Shown piece after piece: positions 40,127 to 44,661 of a stretch of DNA of 44,661 nt. Made by a program: the position numbers and the translations under genes. How positions within the stretch are numbered: the stretch's first letter is position 1; each line of letters starts with the position of its first letter. The notes beneath the pieces are model-generated. The model saw only the letters and a program-made list of their open reading frames with translations, ran no database searches and had not been told where the DNA came from. This DNA comes from Myxococcales bacterium (GTDB taxonomy: Bacteria; Myxococcota; Myxococcia; Myxococcales; Anaeromyxobacteraceae): assembly GCA_038320275.1 (NCBI GenBank), contig JBBQEB010000011.1, positions 1 through 44,661 of the forward strand, written 5' to 3'.

Positions 40127-40228
40127 CAAGGCCGGCGCGCATCGTTGCCGCGCCACGGAAGTGTGCAGTGGACTGGGGCCGGACCATGGGACCTCGTCTC
40201 GAGCGTCCCGAACAGGAACAGGGGTTCA

Positions 40229-40648
40229 ATGACGGACGCTGACGACTCGGAAGCTCGCCAGGCCGATCTCGCGCTGCGCCGGACGGAGCTCGAGGCGATG
40301 CTCGAGAAGTTCGGCGTCCGCAGCGCCCGCGACCCCGTCGAGCCCTATCGCTGTGATTGGAATGACGGCGTCGGCCGGGGCTGGTTCGGCATCATCGAGG
40401 AGCTCGTGAAAGACCTCCTCGCGCTCGGCTGGGACGGGCGGCTTTGGCAGGTGAAGTCGAAGTTCGGCACGCTGCGGTTCTATACGGAGCAGCACTCGCC
40501 CGAGCTGAGCGAACGCATCTCGGCGGCGGAGAAGGCGAGCGCGATCGTCTGCGAGCGGTGTGGGCTTCCGGGCACTCTCGTCCGGGAGGAGAACCGCTGG
40601 TGGACGACGCGGTGCGAGGAGTGCCGGCGCGCGGGTCCTTGGCTGTGA
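40229..40648 (+). CDS. Hypothetical protein, family A copy 2
   Basis: AGGGG upstream; 43/85 identical residues (ungapped, hand count) with copy 1. Confidence 0.8.
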   Translation: MTDADDSEARQADLALRRTELEAMLEKFGVRSARDPVEPYRCDWNDGVGRGWFGIIEELVKDLLALGWDGRLWQVKSKFGTLRFYTEQHSPELSERISAAEKASAIVCERCGLPGTLVREENRWWTTRCEECRRAGPWL

Positions 40649-41232
40649 GCCGACGGTCGACGACGGACGGCGTCTCCCCAAGGCCCGCAAAGCGTAGTGC
40701 TTCGCGCAGCACGCGAGAGGCGGGCGGGCGGGGGTGGCTCGAGCGCGAGTTCGCCCGGTGGCTGAAGGTCCATGCCGGCCGCTTTCCGGTCCGGCTCGTC
40801 CCGACGCGAGAGGAAGAGGGCATTCCTACAGCCTATCGCTTCCGCGGAGTGCCCTACCTCGAGCTGCACGTGCACCACGGCAACTTCGAGGTCTGGGTCC
40901 TGTACCGTGGGAAGAGCATGGACATCATCATGGAGCTCGACATCTGGCTGCGGAGGAGCCGTCACGGGAACTACCACTGCGCGTCCTGCATCGTCCCCAA
41001 AGACTACCCTACCAAGACCTTGATCGCGGCGGAGCACTCCTTCGAACCTTTCCTCGCCTGGTGCACGGAAAAGTTCCGTGACGACCAGTTCCTCAGCATC
41101 TACGAAGCTTCGAAAGGTTTCTCCTGGGCGAACATCAGGCCGATGGACAAGGTCGAGGCGGATGCACCCGGGGTTGCGCCCAACATCTTCGTGAAGCCGG
41201 TGCTCAGACGCCGCCCGAGCAAAGCAAGGTGA
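40645..41232 (+). CDS. Hypothetical protein, family B copy 2
   Basis: GTGA coupling to A2; shares WL..E...WL..HA, YRF.GV, G.FEV.V, Y.C..C, HSF.P.L.WC with B1. Confidence 0.75.
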   Translation: MSRRSTTDGVSPRPAKRSASRSTREAGGRGWLEREFARWLKVHAGRFPVRLVPTREEEGIPTAYRFRGVPYLELHVHHGNFEVWVLYRGKSMDIIMELDIWLRRSRHGNYHCASCIVPKDYPTKTLIAAEHSFEPFLAWCTEKFRDDQFLSIYEASKGFSWANIRPMDKVEADAPGVAPNIFVKPVLRRRPSKAR

Positions 41233-41260
41233 AGCCTCGCTCCTTCTCCGGCGCGGGGGA

Positions 41261-41452
41261 ATGCCAATGCATGCGCTGCTCTTAATCCTGACCGTGTACG
41301 TGAACCACTCCGCCTCGACGACCACGGTCCCGATGCCCTCCGTGGGTGCGTGCCGCCAGGTCGCAGCCAATCTCAGGAAGCAAATCGCAACCATCTCACC
41401 CCCTCCTGGCGCAGAAGTGCACGTCATCGCGAGATGTGTCGAAGCGCCATAG
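41261..41452 (+). CDS. Small protein with a hydrophobic N-terminus and two Cys (possibly secreted)
   Basis: GGGGGA RBS-like; MHALLLILTVYV, GAC...ARC. Confidence 0.5.
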   Translation: MPMHALLLILTVYVNHSASTTTVPMPSVGACRQVAANLRKQIATISPPPGAEVHVIARCVEAP

Positions 41453-41566
41453 CGCGGCCATCGAGGTGCCCGATGCGGGCACGCTATCGCTCCAGAGGTC
41501 CGCGCAGAGCAGTGGTACAGAACGCGCCGCGGCCGACCCGCCCAGCGACGACGACAGGCCCGGACG

Positions 41567-41645
41567 GTGAGTCAGTCCCGGATCTCCATCCGTAGACGCG
41601 AGCCGGGCCGTGAGCCAGTCCCGGATCTCGCCGTGGACGCGAGCC
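41567..41645. repeat. Imperfect tandem direct repeat (38/36 bp) upstream of the tusA operon
   Basis: GTGAGTCAGTCCCGGATCTC-CAT-CCGTAGACGCGAGCC (41567-41604) versus GTGAGCCAGTCCCGGATCTC-G-CCGTGGACGCGAGCC (41610-41645). Confidence 0.8.
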
Positions 41646-41740
41646 ACTCCACCGCGCCCTTTCACGGCGGCGCCCGGGCAGGCCGGCTACAAGGCTTCCC
41701 CCACGGTTGGTTCACGGCGGCCACCACGATGTCGAGAGGC

Positions 41741-41974
41741 ATGGACTCCACCCTTCACCCTGACGACGCCTGGGATGCCGGCGGCATGGGCTGCGGCGAG
41801 CTCGTCTTCGCCCTCGCCATGCGCTTGCGCGCGCTGCGCCCTGGCGCGATCTTCATGCTCACCGCCACCGACGGCGGCGCGCCGCACGACATCCCGGCCT
41901 GGTGCCGCATGACGGGCCATCCGCTCTTGCGCGCGGAGCACCCCTGCTACCTCATCCAACGAAAGGAAGGCTGA
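41741..41974 (+). CDS. TusA/SirA-family sulfur carrier
   Basis: GAGAGG RBS; WDAGGMGCGEL, L.ATD.GA.HDIPAWCR.TGH. Confidence 0.85.
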   Translation: MDSTLHPDDAWDAGGMGCGELVFALAMRLRALRPGAIFMLTATDGGAPHDIPAWCRMTGHPLLRAEHPCYLIQRKEG

Positions 41975-41976
41975 AC

Positions 41977-42339
41977 ATGGCTGGAAAGATCTGCGTCTCG
42001 ATCACGCACGCGAAGAACGACCCCGACAAGGCGACGGTGGGCTTCGTCGTCGCGAACGCCTCCGTGGCCTCCGCGCAGGAGACGGTGGTGTTCCTCTCCA
42101 CCGAGGCGGTGCGCATCGCGGTCAAGGGATACGCGGAGGAGATCCACGAGGAGGGCTTCGCGCCGCTGAAGGATCTCGTGGCGAACTTCGCGAAGGCGGG
42201 CGGAACCCTCTACGTCTGCTCGCCCTGCCTCAAGAAGCGCGGGCTCGACGACAAGCCGCTCGTCGATGGGGCAATGGTCGTGGGCGGCGCCAAGGTCGTC
42301 GAGTTCCTGGCGTCCGGCGCAGCCTGCATCTCCTACTGA
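41977..42339 (+). CDS. DsrE-family protein
   Basis: GGAAGG RBS; DKATVGF.VA, VVFLSTEAV, YVCSPCLKKRG, VVGGA. Confidence 0.88.
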   Translation: MAGKICVSITHAKNDPDKATVGFVVANASVASAQETVVFLSTEAVRIAVKGYAEEIHEEGFAPLKDLVANFAKAGGTLYVCSPCLKKRGLDDKPLVDGAMVVGGAKVVEFLASGAACISY

Positions 42340-42356
42340 CGGGTGGGACCGCGACC

Positions 42357-43946
42357 ATGAGCACCGAGCGACCCACGCCGACCGACCGGCCCACGGCCCT
42401 CGAGGAGCGTCGCCCCTCTGTGCCGCGGGCAAGCTTTGATGGCGGCAGCCTCGACTGTGGGAGTGGGCTCCTCCTGCTCATCCGCCAGCACATCGATCCT
42501 CTCGCGGACGGCGAGCTCCTGGAGATCCGCTCGTCGGAGGCCTCCGTCCGCGAGGACCTCCCCTCCTGGTGCCGTATGACGGGGAACGAGCTCGTGTCGC
42601 GTCAGGAGGTGCCCGGCGGCGCGAGCTTCCTCGTCGCGAAGGGCAAGTTCGTGCGGGACGCGGCCCTGGCTGCCTCCGGCGCCGCCGCGGCGGTGCCAGC
42701 CGGGCGCGCTCCGACGAGCGCCATGCGGGCAGCGGTCCCGGCCCACATCCCCCAGGAGCTTCCGCCCCCCGCCCCAGCCCCCGCCATCGCGCCGCTCTCC
42801 GTGATGGGCGTGGGGAGCTGGCCGCGCCCGCGCTGGATGCTCGAGGCGCTGCACGCGCACCTGGAGGGGAAGCTCGCCGATGCGGACTTCGAGGCGACGG
42901 CGGACGACGCGGTGAAGCTCGCCATCGCGGCGCAGGTCGCGGCCGGCGTGGATGTCGTGACCGACGGTGAGCAGCGTCGCGACAACTACGCGAGCTTCGT
43001 CGGGGCGCGGCTCGACAACTGCCAGCTCGTGCCCATCACCGATCTGCTCTCGTACGTCGATGACCCCGCCGAGTTCGAGCGCGAGCTACGCGCGCTCGAC
43101 GTGCCCGCGGGCAAGGTGCGCCACCCGGCCGTCCTGGGGCCGCTCTCCCGGACCCGGCCGCTCGCGGTACACGAGCTCGAGTTCGCGAAGGCGCAGACGG
43201 CGCTCCCGGTGAAGGTCGCCTTGCCGGGGCCGTACCTCCTCGCGCGCACCATGTGGATGGAGTGCATCTCGGATCGCGCGTACGCGGACCGGGGTGCGCT
43301 GGCGAAGGACGTGGTGCGCGTGCTCCGCGAGGAGCTCCATTTCCTGCTCGCGGCCGGCGCGGCGCTCGTGCAGCTCGACGAGCCGGTGCTGTCGGAGGTG
43401 GTCTTCGGCGGCAGCGCGAGCGGCAACCGCACCTTCATGTGCGGCGTCCTGGACGCCCGAGGCTCCGCCGACGTCGAGCTCGCCTTTGCCGAGGAGCTGC
43501 TCGCCGAGGTGACCCGCGGCCTGCCCCGGGAGCGCCTCGCGCTGCACGTCTGCCGCGGCAACTGGACCCCGGACGAGGGCGTCGCGCTCACCGGCGACTA
43601 CCGGCCGCTGGTGCCGCTCCTCTCGCGCGCCCCCGTTGGCACGCTCCTGCTCGAGCTCGCGACGCCCCGGGCTGGGGAGCTCGAGGTCCTGCGGAAGCTG
43701 CCCGGAGACAAGCGCATCGGCGTGGGCCTGGTGAACCAGAAGCTCCCTCGCGTGGAGCCGGTTGAAGAGGTGCTCGCCCGCGCGGAGCAGGCGGTCCAGC
43801 TGTTCGGCGTCGAGCGGGTGCTCCTCAATCCCGATTGCGGCTTCGCCACCTTCGCCGACAATCCCATCGCCTCGGCGGAGATCGCCTCGGGAAAGCTCCG
43901 CGCGCTCACCGAGGCGGCGAGGGTCCTGCGCAGCCGGCATCTGTGA
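42357..43946 (+). CDS. TusA-domain fused to a cobalamin-independent methionine-synthase-II-like (MetE C-terminal barrel) protein
   Basis: N-terminal FDGGSLDCGSGL...DLPSWCRMTGNEL; linker; VGSWPRP, TDGEQRR, QLDEP, Zn ligands LHVCRGN, LLELA, NPDCGF. Confidence 0.88.
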   Translation: MSTERPTPTDRPTALEERRPSVPRASFDGGSLDCGSGLLLLIRQHIDPLADGELLEIRSSEASVREDLPSWCRMTGNELVSRQEVPGGASFLVAKGKFVRDAALAASGAAAAVPAGRAPTSAMRAAVPAHIPQELPPPAPAPAIAPLSVMGVGSWPRPRWMLEALHAHLEGKLADADFEATADDAVKLAIAAQVAAGVDVVTDGEQRRDNYASFVGARLDNCQLVPITDLLSYVDDPAEFERELRALDVPAGKVRHPAVLGPLSRTRPLAVHELEFAKAQTALPVKVALPGPYLLARTMWMECISDRAYADRGALAKDVVRVLREELHFLLAAGAALVQLDEPVLSEVVFGGSASGNRTFMCGVLDARGSADVELAFAEELLAEVTRGLPRERLALHVCRGNWTPDEGVALTGDYRPLVPLLSRAPVGTLLLELATPRAGELEVLRKLPGDKRIGVGLVNQKLPRVEPVEEVLARAEQAVQLFGVERVLLNPDCGFATFADNPIASAEIASGKLRALTEAARVLRSRHL

Positions 43947-44049
43947 TCGCCCCGGGCGGAGCGACCCGCCCGATTGCGCCTGCGGAGCAGGGCCCACGCA
44001 CGGCGGATCCCGCACCCGAGGCCGTGGGGCGTGGCCCGGGTCCGGTCCT

Positions 44050-44661
44050 TCAAGCTCCCGCGCCGCCGGGAGGCGGCGGGTCCGGGTCCGCTCTCGCCGC
44101 CGCTCGCGCGCGCCGTCCCCGCGCCCAGACCACCGCCGCGTAGACGAGGCCGGTGACGACGCCCGCCGCGAGCAACCAGAGCTGCACCTCGTGGATGCGC
44201 CGCTTCACGTGGTCGAGGTGCGCGGCGAAGAACCAGCCCAGGGACACCACCAGCGGCACCGAGAGGAGCGCCGAGATCCCGTCGGCGAGGAGGAAGGTGC
44301 GCGCGGGGACCCCGTGCGTCCCCGCCAGCACGTAGGCGCCGAGGCGGAGCCCCGAGGTGTGGCGCGCCACGAGGATGGTGAGGAAGGCGTGGCGGGAGAA
44401 GTGGTGAAGGAGGAAGGCCCGGCGCTTCGGCGTCAGCACCTTCTTCACGCTGCGCCGCTCGAGGAGCTTGTCTCCGTGGCGCTGCGCGAGGGTGAAGAGG
44501 AGGAAGTCGCCCACCACGATGCCGGTCCAGGCCGCGACGATGGCGGGAACGAGCTCGAGGACGCCGCGTTTCGCCAGGAAGCCGGCGCTGAGCTGCACCA
44601 GCTCCTCCGGGACCGGGACGCCCACCCCGCCCGCGACGAGCAGGCCGGCGATGGCGAGGTA
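44050..44661 (-). CDS. DedA-family membrane protein (5' end beyond the window)
   Basis: G.PVPEE..L.AG, GIVVGD, ARH.SGLR, FLLAD.ISA; the frame stays open to the window edge. Confidence 0.88.
   Translation of the reverse strand, partial: YLAIAGLLVAGGVGVPVPEELVQLSAGFLAKRGVLELVPAIVAAWTGIVVGDFLLFTLAQRHGDKLLERRSVKKVLTPKRRAFLLHHFSRHAFLTILVARHTSGLRLGAYVLAGTHGVPARTFLLADGISALLSVPLVVSLGWFFAAHLDHVKRRIHEVQLWLLAAGVVTGLVYAAVVWARGRRARAAARADPDPPPPGGAGA

Noticed and set aside
41741..43946. Selenocysteine recoding in the TusA/DsrE/MetE-like genes
   Set aside because: The motif positions are ordinary Cys codons and the TGA codons fall at the expected protein ends

Overview
Very GC-rich bacterial DNA. Gene content (MXAN_5187-type C-terminal domain, ileS-lspA-lgt block, System II cytochrome c maturation, GC-rich palindromic repeats) suggests a myxobacterium such as Anaeromyxobacter; this is inferred. 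Order: palindromic repeat, tRNA-Gln(TTG), an archaemetzincin-like protein with a degenerate active site, a Cys-rich ORF, a FadF/Hdr-like membrane Fe-S oxidoreductase, two lipoproteins flanking a FadL-type porin, DsbA-like, RimK-like, ileS-lspA-lgt, tRNA-Phe(GAA), a complete N-type ATPase operon (atpDCQRBEFAG), LssY-C, cupin, a YcaQ-like DNA glycosylase, an NAD(P)-binding protein, UvsE, TspO, VOC, two divergent System II heme-attachment sets, an accessory block (PcfJ-like, His-less PTS-IIA-like, duplicated Cys-rich unknown genes), a TusA-DsrE-(TusA::MetE-like) operon and a truncated DedA gene. Best candidates for something undescribed: (1) the sulfur-carrier plus Zn-thiol-transferase operon at 41.7-43.9 kb; (2) the A-B-C-A'-B' cluster of unknown putative metal-binding genes at 38.5-41.5 kb; (3) an intergenic-type repeat inserted in frame in the YcaQ-like gene; (4) a perfect FNR-type box between the two heme lyase sets; (5) a DUF2934-like domain fused to N-ATPase subunit b. 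All family assignments come from motif recognition by eye; no database searches were run.
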